DNA of 64,000 nt from Candidatus Bathyarchaeota archaeon (GCA_963775465.1 CAVZIW010000013.1:123169-187168), one strand, 5' to 3'; shown: positions 1-10,379, counted from the first letter of the stretch. A program made the numbers and translations. The notes: a model not told the origin generated them from the letters alone.

Positions 1-95
1 TTAAGGAGTTGAACCATTATATCTCTAACTTGGCTTTCTCTGCCTGTTACTCCACAGGCGTTTGAGAGAACCTCTAAGTTTTCGTTTATAGACAA
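1..95 (-). CDS. M42-family aminopeptidase, N-terminal part (runs off window start)
   Basis: Not in ORF track. TTG at 95 gives MSINENLEVLSNACGVTGRESQVRDIMVQLL, matching the M42 N-terminal L..LS.A.G.SG.E..VR pattern. Confidence 0.7.
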   Translation of the reverse strand, partial: MSINENLEVLSNACGVTGRESQVRDIMVQLL

Positions 96-233
96 ATTAA
101 TTTGCCTTCTTGCTGTAATGTAGATGGTTTAAGGGTTTTGTTATTAAACGGTTGCGGTGTAAAGTGATTATTTGCGTTCTGGACAAATCTTAAATCATTA
201 AACTGTATCACACAAGGATTAAAGGTGTACAAA

Positions 234-1166
234 ATGGCACAACCAAGTTTCAAAACAGTTTTCGTTTTCTTAGACACAGACAAATACTGCAGTCCATTTG
301 ACATGCTAGTAGCAATTGATGCTTTCCCAGACTCAATGATATTCAAATACGAAAATGTCACAGCTGACGACGCATCAAAAATCGTATTCGACGCGCTCTT
401 TCCACGAGGACCAATGGGTGCAGCACACACAAAAATCTTCATCAACGGTAGCAACTTTGAAATGGTCGAACAGGTCGTTGCTGCCACCCAAAATGCAATG
501 GCATCTGCACCATGGGGGAACTCTATCATCGTTGATCCAAGAGGCGCATACTCAACTGCAGCAGGCGCCGTCGCAAAAACCCTAAGCTTATCATTAGAAA
601 AAGGTATCGGAACATTGGAAGGCAAAAATGTCACAGTGCTAGCGGGAACAGGACCTGTAGGACAAACTGCAGCAAGAATCTATGCATCAGAAAAAGCAAA
701 CGTGATCATCACATCTCGTTCAATTGCAAAGGGACAGGCTGTCGCTGATAAAATCAATAAAGAAGCAGGTACGGAACGGGTTAAAGTAGTTGAAGTTACT
801 AAACCTGAACAAACCGCAGCATCTATAAAAAATGCAGAAATCATTCTGTCAGCGGGAGCAGGCGGAATCCAACTTCTAAGCAATGAAGACCTAAAAAGAA
901 ACGCGACTAAATGTAAAATCGTGGCAGATATAAACGCAATTAAACCGGTCGGAGTTGAAGGCTTAGAATCAAATGATGACGGCAAAGAAATCAAAACCGG
1001 GGTCTTCGGAATCGGAGCATTAGCCATTGGCAAACTAAAAATCAAGATAGAAACTGATATGATTAAACGCGCAACTGCAGCATCTCAAGGTCTATTCGAC
1101 TACGCTATTGCATACGACATTGGTAAAGCACAGATTTTAAAGAAATTAGCTAAAACGAAAGCCTAA
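234..1166 (+). CDS. NAD(P)-dependent methylene-H4MPT/THF dehydrogenase (MtdA/B/C-like)
   Basis: DTD..SPFD N-domain, D..GAYSTAAG, VLAGTGPVG Rossmann motif, ADINA..P.G, GALAIG.LK. ATG at 234 preferred over 225. Confidence 0.85.
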   Translation: MAQPSFKTVFVFLDTDKYCSPFDMLVAIDAFPDSMIFKYENVTADDASKIVFDALFPRGPMGAAHTKIFINGSNFEMVEQVVAATQNAMASAPWGNSIIVDPRGAYSTAAGAVAKTLSLSLEKGIGTLEGKNVTVLAGTGPVGQTAARIYASEKANVIITSRSIAKGQAVADKINKEAGTERVKVVEVTKPEQTAASIKNAEIILSAGAGGIQLLSNEDLKRNATKCKIVADINAIKPVGVEGLESNDDGKEIKTGVFGIGALAIGKLKIKIETDMIKRATAASQGLFDYAIAYDIGKAQILKKLAKTKA

Positions 1167-1177
1167 AAAGCGACCAC

Positions 1178-1203
1178 TTTTTATTTTCTTTTCTTATTTT
1201 TCT
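1178..1203 (+). terminator. T-rich archaeal terminator after mtd
   Basis: Consecutive oligo-T tracts right after the stop codon. Confidence 0.4.
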
Positions 1204-1316
1204 AATTACACACACCCTTATTGAATTCTAGACAGCAGAGTTCTTTTTGAAAAAGAAAATTATTGAAAATATCTACAAGAAATTTAAATATAATGGCTGA
1301 TTATCAACAAAGTAAG

Positions 1317-2381
1317 ATGGCTATCCTCACCGACACCCTCCAACAATTTTTTAATTTGGATAGTGGAACTGCGGAAATTATATCTTCCATAATCATATTT
1401 GTAGCGGTCGCCTTAGTTGGATGGGGCGCCTACATGATTTTTAACAAGTATTTTTCCAAATGGGCAAAGAAGACTGAAACTACCCTAGATGACGATATTC
1501 TTGCAGCTGTCAAAGTCATAATTATAATAATGATCGTCATAATCGGAATTGAATATGCTCTTCAACCGCTCTCGTTTCTTCAACCGTTCAACAGCACCCT
1601 AACGGCAATATTTACCATCTTAGAAGTTTTCTTAGGTGCATTTGCAGTTACCCGCGTCTCAAACATAATAGCCGACTGGTATACAAGCAGAACAGCTCTT
1701 ATGGCAGGAAAAAACAGTCATCATTTGCTATTTATTTTGAAAAAAATTATTCAATTAGTGGTGTATATCAGCGCCTTTCTTCTTCTACTATACATATTCA
1801 ATGTTAACCTCACTGGAGCAGTGGTAGGCTTAGGAGTGGGAGGCATCGCCATAGCATTTGCCCTGCAAAGTACCTTAAGCGATTTCTTTAGCGCGTTCTC
1901 AATTTACTTTGACAGACCGTTTGAAATCGGGGATTTCATCGTTGTTGGAGAGTACAGCGGAACAGTCAATAACATCGGAATCAGATCAACCAGACTTCAA
2001 CTTCTACAAGGCGAAGAACTAGTGATCTCAAACAAAGAACTAACAAGCGGCAGCGTGCGTAATTTTAGAAAACTTGAAAAAAGGCGTGTATCGTTTACTA
2101 TTGGTGTAACCTACGATACTTCAGTTGAAAAACTCAGAAAAATACCAGTAATTATTTCAGAAATAATCAAGAAAACAGAATTAGCAATTTTTAATCGAGC
2201 GAATTTTACCGAGTTTGGTGATTTTAGCCTGAAATTCCTCGTCATCTACTATGTTGATTCATCAGATTGGGGGCAATATTTGGAGACCCAAGAAAAAATT
2301 AATTTCGCCATAAAGGAAGCTTTTGAGCAGGAAGGCATAGAGATGGCTTTCCCAACAAACACCATTTATGTTAAAAAATAG
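1317..2381 (+). CDS. mscS: MscS small-conductance mechanosensitive channel
   Basis: GLGVGGIAIAFALQ, DRPFEIGDFI, IGIRSTRL, AFEQEGIEMAFPT. Start may be 1263, 1293 or 1317. Confidence 0.92.
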   Translation: MAILTDTLQQFFNLDSGTAEIISSIIIFVAVALVGWGAYMIFNKYFSKWAKKTETTLDDDILAAVKVIIIIMIVIIGIEYALQPLSFLQPFNSTLTAIFTILEVFLGAFAVTRVSNIIADWYTSRTALMAGKNSHHLLFILKKIIQLVVYISAFLLLLYIFNVNLTGAVVGLGVGGIAIAFALQSTLSDFFSAFSIYFDRPFEIGDFIVVGEYSGTVNNIGIRSTRLQLLQGEELVISNKELTSGSVRNFRKLEKRRVSFTIGVTYDTSVEKLRKIPVIISEIIKKTELAIFNRANFTEFGDFSLKFLVIYYVDSSDWGQYLETQEKINFAIKEAFEQEGIEMAFPTNTIYVKK

Positions 2382-2727
2382 AAAAGCTTCGCTTTTTGAG
2401 GCTGAAATGCTGTTTCTTTTGCAATCGCAGGTCTATTTATTGCAAAAATCAAATATTTTGCGAATAGATTCTTGGTTTTGGCAGTTGGGATAGATTGACG
2501 CCAATCGTGCTCACAAGTTACCAAAAAAGTAAGTAGTGACAAATCAGAAGACTCTGACTGTTAAGAAAGACGGATGTACCCAAAATGATCTTTTAGCTGA
2601 TTCAGCAAACCTTTAGCTTTGTCCAAGCAGCAAAAACTTTTCCTTCTTTTTGTGCCTGTTTCTGCAAAATCAAAAACCGAAAAAAGTATTTACTCAGAGT
2701 ATTAAGAAGAATTTTCAAACAAAAGAA

Positions 2728-3888
2728 TTAGAAGGCAGCTGCAATTCGGTTGCAAGCTTCCACAATGCGTTCTTTAGGCTGTGTAAAAGTAATTCGCGCA
2801 TAACCTTCTCCATACTTGCCAAAACCAAGACCAGGAGTAATAGCTACACCCACATCAAGCAGTCTTGCAGCAAACTTCACAGAATCGCACTTGCAGTTAA
2901 CCCAAACATAGAAGGTGGCTTTGGGGCTTTCAACTTCATAGCCCAACTTACAGAGGGTGGTAACGAGCATGTCACGACGTTCTTGCAAGGTTTGATTATT
3001 CTTTTTCAGGAATGCTGGGACTTCATGATTCTTGTAAGATGCAAGTGCTTTTGTTGCAGCTTTTTGGGTATAAACAGGTGGCCCACTATCGATTTGGGTC
3101 TTCACTTTAGCCAATCCATCAACTAACTTTTTGTTTCCAACTGCAAAAGCGATGCGGTCGCCAGTCATGTTGAAAGTCTTGGAAAGAGAATGAAACTCCA
3201 AAGCAACATCTATAGCCCCGTCAACTTCCAAAATGCTTGGAGCGCGATAGTCATCGTATGTGATTTCGGAGTAAGCGTTGTCATAGCATAAAATAATATT
3301 GTGTTCTTTTGCGAAATCAATAGCATCTTTGAGGAAGTTTTTGTCAACTGTTGCAGCAGTGGGGTTGTTGGGGTAATTGAGAAACATCATTTTGGCGCCT
3401 TCTGTATTGATTGTATCGAAGTCTGGTTTGAAATTATTCTCCTCCAACAAGGGAATAGGCACGGTTTTTCCATCGCAAAGAATTGCGCTGCCATTGGCGT
3501 ACACTGGGTATGCGGGATCTGGGACCAAAACGCGATCACCCGGATTTATGAATGCGCGCGCTGTGTTTGCAATACCTTCCTTTGAGCCTAAAAGGGCAAT
3601 TACTTGGTCATTCTTTAAATCAACGCCGAACCGTTCCTTGCACCATTCGGTCACCGCGGTTCGGAAGGCTGGTTCGCCTTGGCTAAAAGAATAATTATGG
3701 TTCTTTAGGTCACTAGCTTCTTTTTTTAGAGATTCTAATATAAACGGTGGCGGCGGGAGGTCAGGATCACCTATGCTAAGTGAGATGAGATCAACACCGC
3801 AACGTTTCTTTTCTCGTGCAAGCGTTTCTAGTTCAGCAAATAGATAGGGAGGCAAACGTTTAATTCTATCAGAAAATTCAAATGTCAT
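2728..3888 (-). CDS. dapL: LL-diaminopimelate aminotransferase
   Basis: LPPYLFAEL, GSKEGIA, LNYPNNPT, EFHSLSKTFNMTG.R; last gene of dap operon. Confidence 0.88.
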   Translation of the reverse strand: MTFEFSDRIKRLPPYLFAELETLAREKKRCGVDLISLSIGDPDLPPPPFILESLKKEASDLKNHNYSFSQGEPAFRTAVTEWCKERFGVDLKNDQVIALLGSKEGIANTARAFINPGDRVLVPDPAYPVYANGSAILCDGKTVPIPLLEENNFKPDFDTINTEGAKMMFLNYPNNPTAATVDKNFLKDAIDFAKEHNIILCYDNAYSEITYDDYRAPSILEVDGAIDVALEFHSLSKTFNMTGDRIAFAVGNKKLVDGLAKVKTQIDSGPPVYTQKAATKALASYKNHEVPAFLKKNNQTLQERRDMLVTTLCKLGYEVESPKATFYVWVNCKCDSVKFAARLLDVGVAITPGLGFGKYGEGYARITFTQPKERIVEACNRIAAAF

Positions 3889-3891
3889 GTT

Positions 3892-4725
3892 TCATGGCTC
3901 CTGAAATAAAGTTCCTTCGAAAACTTTCTCGGCTGCTCCAATCAAGAGCAGGGTTTTACCCACTTCGACTTCTAAATCGCCGCCGAGAAGATGAACTGTG
4001 ACATTGTTATCAACTCTTCCAAGCCTGTTTGCAGCTGCGACAGCAGCACACGTTCCTGTTCCACATGCCAACGTTTCGCCACAACCGCGTTCCCAAACCC
4101 TAACTTTGAGCTCGTTTCGGTTTAAGACTTGAACAAAAGCAACATTGGTTCTGTCTGGGAAAGCTTTGTAATTCTCAACAATCGGACCGATAATATTAAC
4201 GGGGAATTCCTCAACTTCTTCGACAAATATTATACAATGCGGATTGCCCATAGAAAGACAAGTCATAGAGTAAGGCTTGTTGCCAATTTCTAAGGTTTCA
4301 TTGATGAAGGTTCCTTGACCTTGCATAGACAGGGCTGAGCGTTCCCAGTTTGGTGCGCCCATATCCACTTTAACAGAGTAAACTTCGCTACCTTTTATAG
4401 TCAACCATATTTGTTTTACGCCCGAAAGTGTTTCAACATTAAACGCGTTTTTGGAAACTACACCGTTTTCATAGCAGTATTTTGAGAAGCAACGAATGCC
4501 ATTACCGCACATTTCTGCTTCACTACCGTCAGCATTAAAAATCCGCATCTTAACATCTGCAACATTGGAAGGACAAACAAGCAACAAGCCATCTGCACCT
4601 ATGGAGAAGCGTCGTTGGCACAATTTTTTAGCTAACTTTGGAACCTGTTGCTCGCTAATTCCCTGTTTTTTGCTATCGACCACTATATAGTCGTTGCCTA
4701 AGCCGTGCATCTTCCAAAAAAGCAT
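3892..4725 (-). CDS. dapF: Diaminopimelate epimerase
   Basis: KMHGLGNDY, EAEMCGNGIRC, GNPH, ERGCGETLACGTG. Confidence 0.97.
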   Translation of the reverse strand: MLFWKMHGLGNDYIVVDSKKQGISEQQVPKLAKKLCQRRFSIGADGLLLVCPSNVADVKMRIFNADGSEAEMCGNGIRCFSKYCYENGVVSKNAFNVETLSGVKQIWLTIKGSEVYSVKVDMGAPNWERSALSMQGQGTFINETLEIGNKPYSMTCLSMGNPHCIIFVEEVEEFPVNIIGPIVENYKAFPDRTNVAFVQVLNRNELKVRVWERGCGETLACGTGTCAAVAAANRLGRVDNNVTVHLLGGDLEVEVGKTLLLIGAAEKVFEGTLFQEP

Positions 4726-4729
4726 TTTC

Positions 4730-6013
4730 TTACTCCTCCATCCGTTGTTTAATCGTTAAATCTGCTAGCTGCTCGCGCTCCCTAACTACTAAGACTTTTC
4801 CCTGTCTAACCATTACTTCAGATGCTCTTGGACGAGAATTGTACTGCGAACTCATACTAAATCCATATGCACCGGCATTAAGAATTGCAAGCAAATCGCC
4901 TTCCTTTATCGTTGGAAGTGTTCGTCCTTTAGCCAAGATGTCTCCTGACTCGCAAATAGGACCTACTACATCGTAGGTTTCTTTGTCGGCATGTTCAAGC
5001 TTTTTATCAATTAGGATCTGGTGATAAGAACCATACATTGTGGGACGAACCAACGTGTTGAAGCCTGCGTCAACGCCGACATACTTGCGTGAAGGCGTGA
5101 CTTTGACAGTGTTGACTGTAGTCAACAAAATGGATGCATCAGACACCAAGTATCTCCCCGGTTCAATGCAAAGAAAGGGCTTGCCAAGTCCGCATTCCTT
5201 AACTTGGGTCTTAAAAGGAGAAATAACTTTAGCTGAGAACTCTGCCAAATCTAATTCATCATCTGAGGAATTGCAGGGAACCCCGAATCCTCCGCCAATA
5301 TCAATGAACTCAAACTCAACACCGATTTCTTCATGGACCCTCTTAGCAATTTTCAACAGTTTTTCAACTGCTAAGACATAAGGTTCAACGTTTGTAATGC
5401 CTGAGCCAATGTGCATGTGGATTCCGAAGCGCTCTACTCGTGCTTTCTTCGCAGTCGCATAAGCTTTAATCGCGTCTTCTTCCCAGAGTCCGAATTTTGA
5501 TTCCGGACCTGCAGTTACACAATGGCTATGATGCCCAGCTCCGATTTCAGGGTTAACGCGAATCGAAATAATTGAAGGAACAGCAATCTTTAGCAAACGC
5601 TCAAGCTCGGATTGGGAATCTATGTTTATAGTTACATTTGCGTCGACCAACATTTTTAATTCATCGTTTCGTACGCTAGTCCCCGTGAAAAGGATGCGAT
5701 TTGAGGTAAACCCGCTGCTTAAGCCAATGAAGACTTCTCCGGGGCTCACTGTATCCAAGTAAGCACCCTCTGATTGCAGAATTTTTAAAACTGCCATGTT
5801 GGTGTTTGCCTTTGCTGCATAGTAGATTCGAAGATGCTTGTAGTTTTTGATTAGGGCATTTTGGACACGGGTATAGTTGTCTCGGATGCGTTTCTCGCTG
5901 ATAACGTAAAGTGGTGTATCGTATTTTTTAGCCAACTCCTTCACGGAAACGCCGTCGAAAAAGAGACTCCCTTTTCGATTTTCTAAGGGTTCACGAAGTT
6001 TTCTTTTAACCAT
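4730..6013 (-). CDS. lysA: Diaminopimelate decarboxylase
   Basis: YAAKAN, HMHIGS, DIGGGFG, EPGRY, GPICESGD, GAYG.SMSS.YN.RPR. Confidence 0.97.
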   Translation of the reverse strand: MVKRKLREPLENRKGSLFFDGVSVKELAKKYDTPLYVISEKRIRDNYTRVQNALIKNYKHLRIYYAAKANTNMAVLKILQSEGAYLDTVSPGEVFIGLSSGFTSNRILFTGTSVRNDELKMLVDANVTINIDSQSELERLLKIAVPSIISIRVNPEIGAGHHSHCVTAGPESKFGLWEEDAIKAYATAKKARVERFGIHMHIGSGITNVEPYVLAVEKLLKIAKRVHEEIGVEFEFIDIGGGFGVPCNSSDDELDLAEFSAKVISPFKTQVKECGLGKPFLCIEPGRYLVSDASILLTTVNTVKVTPSRKYVGVDAGFNTLVRPTMYGSYHQILIDKKLEHADKETYDVVGPICESGDILAKGRTLPTIKEGDLLAILNAGAYGFSMSSQYNSRPRASEVMVRQGKVLVVREREQLADLTIKQRMEE

Positions 6014-6052
6014 TCATTACACCAAAGGGATTTGTGAAGCAAATAATTGATT

Positions 6053-7111
6053 TTAGACCAAGCCATTAGCTACATAAAGCTCTGCGCTTAGAATGCCTCC
6101 TCCGGCGGCGCCTCGAACTGTATTGTGCCCCAAACATACATACTTGATATTCATTATGGGATCTTTGCGTATTCTTCCAACGACTACACTTTGGCCGTTA
6201 CCTGCATTTCGGTCATATCGTGGTTGAGGACGATTATTTTCTCGGCGAACAATTATAGGCTTTGCTGGAGCGGAGGGTAGATGGAGCAGTTGCGGAGCAC
6301 CATTGAAATCTTCAAAGGCTGCCTCTATTTGATCGATTGATGGTTCTTGGTCCAGTTTTACAGATATACATTCTAAGTGTCCATCTTTGACGTTAACACG
6401 GTTGCAACTGGCACTAAGATCAAAATTAGCATTATGAATAATTCCTTGACTGAGGGTTCCGAGAATTTTTTTAGCTTCAGTTTCCATCTTATACTCTTCT
6501 CCTGAAATGAAGGGAACTACGTTATCAATGATGTCAAGTGAAGGAACACCGGGGTAGCCTGCACCGCTGAGCGCTTGCAATGTAGTAACCATTACTTGCG
6601 TTAGACCAAACTGCATGAGTGGTTTTAAGGTAATTGCCATTTGGATTGTACTGCAGTTGGGGTCTGTAGAAATGAAACCTTTCCAACCCCGAACCTCTTG
6701 TTGAATCTTGATTAATTCAGCATGGTCAGGATTGATTTCTGGAATGATCAATGGAACGTCTTTTTCCATTCTGTGAGCACTAGCCTTGCTAAACACTGGA
6801 TATATTGAAGCAAATTCTGACTCAACTGAACCGGCTAAATCTCCTGGCAAAGCAGAAAAGACCAAGTCCACGTCGCTAACGTTTTCTACTGATTCAACAT
6901 TGGAGTTGACTACGGGCATTTCAGCTATTTCTGCAGGCAACTCAGACTCCATTAGCCAGTTGCATGCGGCCCCATATTTTTTCCCTGATGACCGCTCTGA
7001 AGCAGCAAGTACCTCAATCTTGAACCAGGGGTGATTTTGCAAGAGTTGAATGTAACGTTGCCCCACGGCTCCGGTTGCACCTAATATAGCTACTTTTCGC
7101 TTATTCGACAT
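6053..7111 (-). CDS. asd: Aspartate-semialdehyde dehydrogenase
   Basis: GATGAVGQ, PNCST, QALSGAGYPG, HNTVRGAAGG. Confidence 0.96.
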   Translation of the reverse strand: MSNKRKVAILGATGAVGQRYIQLLQNHPWFKIEVLAASERSSGKKYGAACNWLMESELPAEIAEMPVVNSNVESVENVSDVDLVFSALPGDLAGSVESEFASIYPVFSKASAHRMEKDVPLIIPEINPDHAELIKIQQEVRGWKGFISTDPNCSTIQMAITLKPLMQFGLTQVMVTTLQALSGAGYPGVPSLDIIDNVVPFISGEEYKMETEAKKILGTLSQGIIHNANFDLSASCNRVNVKDGHLECISVKLDQEPSIDQIEAAFEDFNGAPQLLHLPSAPAKPIIVRRENNRPQPRYDRNAGNGQSVVVGRIRKDPIMNIKYVCLGHNTVRGAAGGGILSAELYVANGLV

Positions 7112-7171
7112 CTTCTACTTCTTCCTTTGATCTTTTCACTGTATTTGTTCCTCGATAAAATACTTAATGGT

Positions 7172-7987
7172 TTAGTTTAAGCCTAAAACGTCTGCCATAC
7201 TGTAAATTTTAGGCTCTGTTTGCCTGCTCAACCATTCAGCTGCGTAAACTGCACCCTGTGCAAATACCTTTCGGGAAAACGCAGTGTGTTCAATACGCAG
7301 CATTTCGTTTGGACCAGCAACTATGACATCATGAATCCCTGCGACCCCACCCGCACGCAGCGCAACAGACTCAAGTTCAGTAGGTTGCCGTGGGCTAATG
7401 CCATCTCTACCATAAATTGTCTTGGTGTAGCCCCTGGCTTGCATTATTATTTGTTCAAGCCTCTTTGCGGTTCCGCTTGGAGCATCCCTTTTGCCCGTAT
7501 GGTGTATTTCGCTAAGGCTAAAATCGTAGCCTGCTGGAAACGCATTTAGAGCTTCAGCTAGTTTGAAGAGTATATTGACCCCTACGCTGTAGTTTGGCGA
7601 GAAAACAACAGGTACTTTACCCGACACTGCAATAGTTAACTGTCGGTTTTGGTCTTGAGTAAAACCTGTTGTACCCAAAATTATCCGTTTATCCATATTA
7701 GCCGCTATTGGAATGTTGGTGATGTCTGCTTCTGGAGTTGTGAAGCTTACGAAAATGTCGGCGTCTATAAGTGCATCCGCTAAATTATCGGAGCTTTGAA
7801 TTACTGTATCCTGGTCTGATATACCAAGCTGGCGCAAAGTCTTGCCGATTGTCGGGGTTCCAGGAGTAGCCATTGACTGAACTGGAGCCTCGGTTGCACC
7901 AACAGTCATTATTCCTTTTGCTCTTGCTTCCTGTATTATTGCAACCCCCATTCTACCCGCTGCTCCTGCGACGCATAGCTTAAGCAT
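7172..7987 (-). CDS. dapB: 4-hydroxy-tetrahydrodipicolinate reductase
   Basis: GAAGRMG, GTTG, PNYSVG, EIHH..K.DAPSGTA. Confidence 0.96.
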   Translation of the reverse strand: MLKLCVAGAAGRMGVAIIQEARAKGIMTVGATEAPVQSMATPGTPTIGKTLRQLGISDQDTVIQSSDNLADALIDADIFVSFTTPEADITNIPIAANMDKRIILGTTGFTQDQNRQLTIAVSGKVPVVFSPNYSVGVNILFKLAEALNAFPAGYDFSLSEIHHTGKRDAPSGTAKRLEQIIMQARGYTKTIYGRDGISPRQPTELESVALRAGGVAGIHDVIVAGPNEMLRIEHTAFSRKVFAQGAVYAAEWLSRQTEPKIYSMADVLGLN

Positions 7988-9017
7988 ATGTTAGTCCCTC
8001 AAGATACTTCTCGTTATAAAGACGATCTTTTAAGTCAACGTTGAAGTGTCGGGTAATTGGTTCTAAGACTTGAGGGTTTGCCTCGTAGACCTTGCGTGCA
8101 TTATTCAACACAATTTCTAACCCGCTGCGTGTCATTTTACCCAACGGTTGCCTACAAGGACCAGCCGGCATCCCCAATACGTTCATAAGGGTTTTGCATG
8201 CAAGCGGATTTCGAGCTTTGCATATTACAGATCCATATGGTGTCTGCTCCTGTGTTTTTACAGTGACGAGATCAAAGAGCGGCTTAAGAGCTTGAACAAT
8301 TACACTTGCAGCTTCCTCGTTGCCGTCTAAACAGTAATGAACCATGTCGGAGACCGCACGCGGTGCAATATTAGACATGACAGAAATTACACCGTTTGCT
8401 CGTATGTCAGGTGAAATCATCATAGTGAGAGTTTTTTCATCATCACCGCTGAGTATTTCAAAATCGTCGCCGCAAAGTTTGCGTGTTAACTCCGCATTCT
8501 TTAAATCACCTGTGGCTTCTTTTACGCAACTCACATTAGGATACTGATGATGCAAAATGGCAATGTCTGGAGGAAGCAACTGTGTCCCTGTTCTGCCTGG
8601 GATTATATATGGGATGACTTGGATTTCGGGAAACCGCTGAGCAATTGGCTCTATATATTCACGGCGAATCTCAAGCGAACTGGGTCCATTATAATAGGGG
8701 TCAACGAGCAAGACAGCTTTTATCCCTGCGTTTTGGGCACGTTCTGTGCCTGCAATGGCTTCTTCTGTCGAGTTGCTACCTGTGCCTGCAATGGTCAGGC
8801 AGCGTTTACCTGAATCTTGGTCCACTTGCTCAATGACTTTGCTGTGCTCCTTCCAAGATAGAGTGGGGCTTTCGCCGGTTGTGCCGACTGCTAGGATGCC
8901 GGTCACACCGTTTTTTACTTGAAAATCCACTAGTTGCGCTAATCCTTCGTAGTCGACTTGGTGAGTTTGGTTCATGGGGGTTATTAATGCAGTGTAACAA
9001 CCATTGAATGATGCCAA
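7980..9017 (-). CDS. dapA: 4-hydroxy-tetrahydrodipicolinate synthase (long C-terminus)
   Basis: TALITP, GTTGESPTL, PYYN, P.RTG, VKEATG, LSGDD; TTG start. Confidence 0.95.
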   Translation of the reverse strand: MASFNGCYTALITPMNQTHQVDYEGLAQLVDFQVKNGVTGILAVGTTGESPTLSWKEHSKVIEQVDQDSGKRCLTIAGTGSNSTEEAIAGTERAQNAGIKAVLLVDPYYNGPSSLEIRREYIEPIAQRFPEIQVIPYIIPGRTGTQLLPPDIAILHHQYPNVSCVKEATGDLKNAELTRKLCGDDFEILSGDDEKTLTMMISPDIRANGVISVMSNIAPRAVSDMVHYCLDGNEEAASVIVQALKPLFDLVTVKTQEQTPYGSVICKARNPLACKTLMNVLGMPAGPCRQPLGKMTRSGLEIVLNNARKVYEANPQVLEPITRHFNVDLKDRLYNEKYLEGLTYA

Positions 9018-9135
9018 TTTATATTCCTTCTTTAATTAAGAATCATTCATGAGATCGGTATTTAAGCGTTACGTTTTAATTATTTTTTCTACGAAAAACG
9101 AAAAATTAACTGCTCAATAATAGAGTCATTAGTAT

Positions 9136-9462
9136 TTATTTCTCTTTTTCCGCAACGTGCTCTAACGACCGAATATGATAGGCTGTAAAAAAGCCATCAC
9201 AAGCACCATATAACCTGTGAAAAAAATTAATTGCATCCTGGACATCTGCAGCTGTAGGAATAATTTGAAGATAGTTGTCCAAACGCACAACATCGTCTAA
9301 TTTGCCAACCTCACGTTTGACTATTAAAAACCGTAGAATATGCGGACCACATTGGAAAAGGGCAAAGTATCCATTTTTACCTGTACCTTTTCTCACATCG
9401 ATTGTTTTTTTACCTTGCTTAAGCCATTCGAAAACTTCTTTTCGTGCAAATAATAGCGGCAA
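9136..9462 (-). CDS. ASCH-domain protein
   Basis: F..LK.GKKTIDVR motif typical of ASCH domains; ~108 aa. Confidence 0.7.
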   Translation of the reverse strand: MPLLFARKEVFEWLKQGKKTIDVRKGTGKNGYFALFQCGPHILRFLIVKREVGKLDDVVRLDNYLQIIPTAADVQDAINFFHRLYGACDGFFTAYHIRSLEHVAEKEK

Positions 9463-9564
9463 CTTGTTACCCTGAGTGGAGCTTATTAGCTAGAAAATAA
9501 AGTTCCAGTAAATAAAAAAATAAAAAATGGAAAAGGAAATTTGGACCCTAAGAACTGGCCTTGC

Positions 9565-9762
9565 TTAACCTTTGCCTTTTTCTTCTTTGCCAAAGTACTG
9601 AGTCCACTTTAGTTTGCGTGCATCGCGTTTAAACTGTAGGCTGCTTTTCTTGCATTTGCTTGAATCGAACCAGAGGATTGAACCGTCGTTCTTAACGAAC
9701 ATCATGCCTGTGCCAGCTGGGAAATCAGCACCACAGAATGAACATTTTCTCGGTTTTGGCAT
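9565..9762 (-). CDS. rpl24e: 50S ribosomal protein L24e
   Basis: CSFCG..FP.GTG.MFVK.DG, SSKC, RKLKWT. Confidence 0.96.
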   Translation of the reverse strand: MPKPRKCSFCGADFPAGTGMMFVKNDGSILWFDSSKCKKSSLQFKRDARKLKWTQYFGKEEKGKG

Positions 9763-9780
9763 GACACATTTCTCCTAAAT

Positions 9781-9999
9781 TTAGCGTGTAATTTTCTTTG
9801 CTTCTCTTTCGGTTTCTCGCAGCATCAGGATATCTTGAACACGAACAGGTCCTTTAACATTGCGTGTAATGATTCTGCCTTTGTCTTTTCCTTCCATGAT
9901 ACGAACGCGTACTTGTGTGATTTCGCCGGTTACCCCTGTACGACCGATAATTTGTATAACTTCAGATGGAATTAGTTCCTCAGCTGCTTCTTTACTCAT
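9781..9999 (-). CDS. rps28e: 30S ribosomal protein S28e
   Basis: [29 protein letters not shown]. Confidence 0.97.
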   Translation of the reverse strand: MSKEAAEELIPSEVIQIIGRTGVTGEITQVRVRIMEGKDKGRIITRNVKGPVRVQDILMLRETEREAKKITR

Positions 10000-10379
10000 T
10001 ACTGAGTTCCTCGTTTAACCTGATCGATTCGAGTTACGATTTCCTTGATTAAACCTGTTGCTTCTCCTTCTCTTATGATGCATGCTGCCGCACATGGAAC
10101 ATCAATACCTATGGATTTGCCGAGTTGTTCCTTGCTTGGAACGAAAACGTATGGTATTTTTCTTTCATCACAGAGCAGTGGTAAGTGTGCAATTACTTCT
10201 GGCGGGTCAACATCTTCAGCGATAACAACAAGTTTTGCTTGGGAACGTTCTACAGCTTTTGTGGCTTCGTTTGTGCCTTTCCTAACTGATCCTGATTTTG
10301 AAGCAATCGTTAGGGCTTCATAGGCTGCATCTATTAGCTCTTTTGGGACTTCATATTTTACATAGAATGGTTTTGACAT
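9999..10379 (-). CDS. rpl7ae: 50S ribosomal protein L7Ae
   Basis: [27 protein letters not shown]; ATG at 10379 after a GGTGAGG SD. Confidence 0.97.
   Translation of the reverse strand: MSKPFYVKYEVPKELIDAAYEALTIASKSGSVRKGTNEATKAVERSQAKLVVIAEDVDPPEVIAHLPLLCDERKIPYVFVPSKEQLGKSIGIDVPCAAACIIREGEATGLIKEIVTRIDQVKRGTQ

Noticed and set aside
86-634. 182-aa minus ORF and the many similar antisense ORFs
   Set aside because: Shadows of well-supported genes on the opposite strand, with no recognisable motifs.
2650-3126. 158-aa plus ORF
   Set aside because: Antisense to dapL; no family features.
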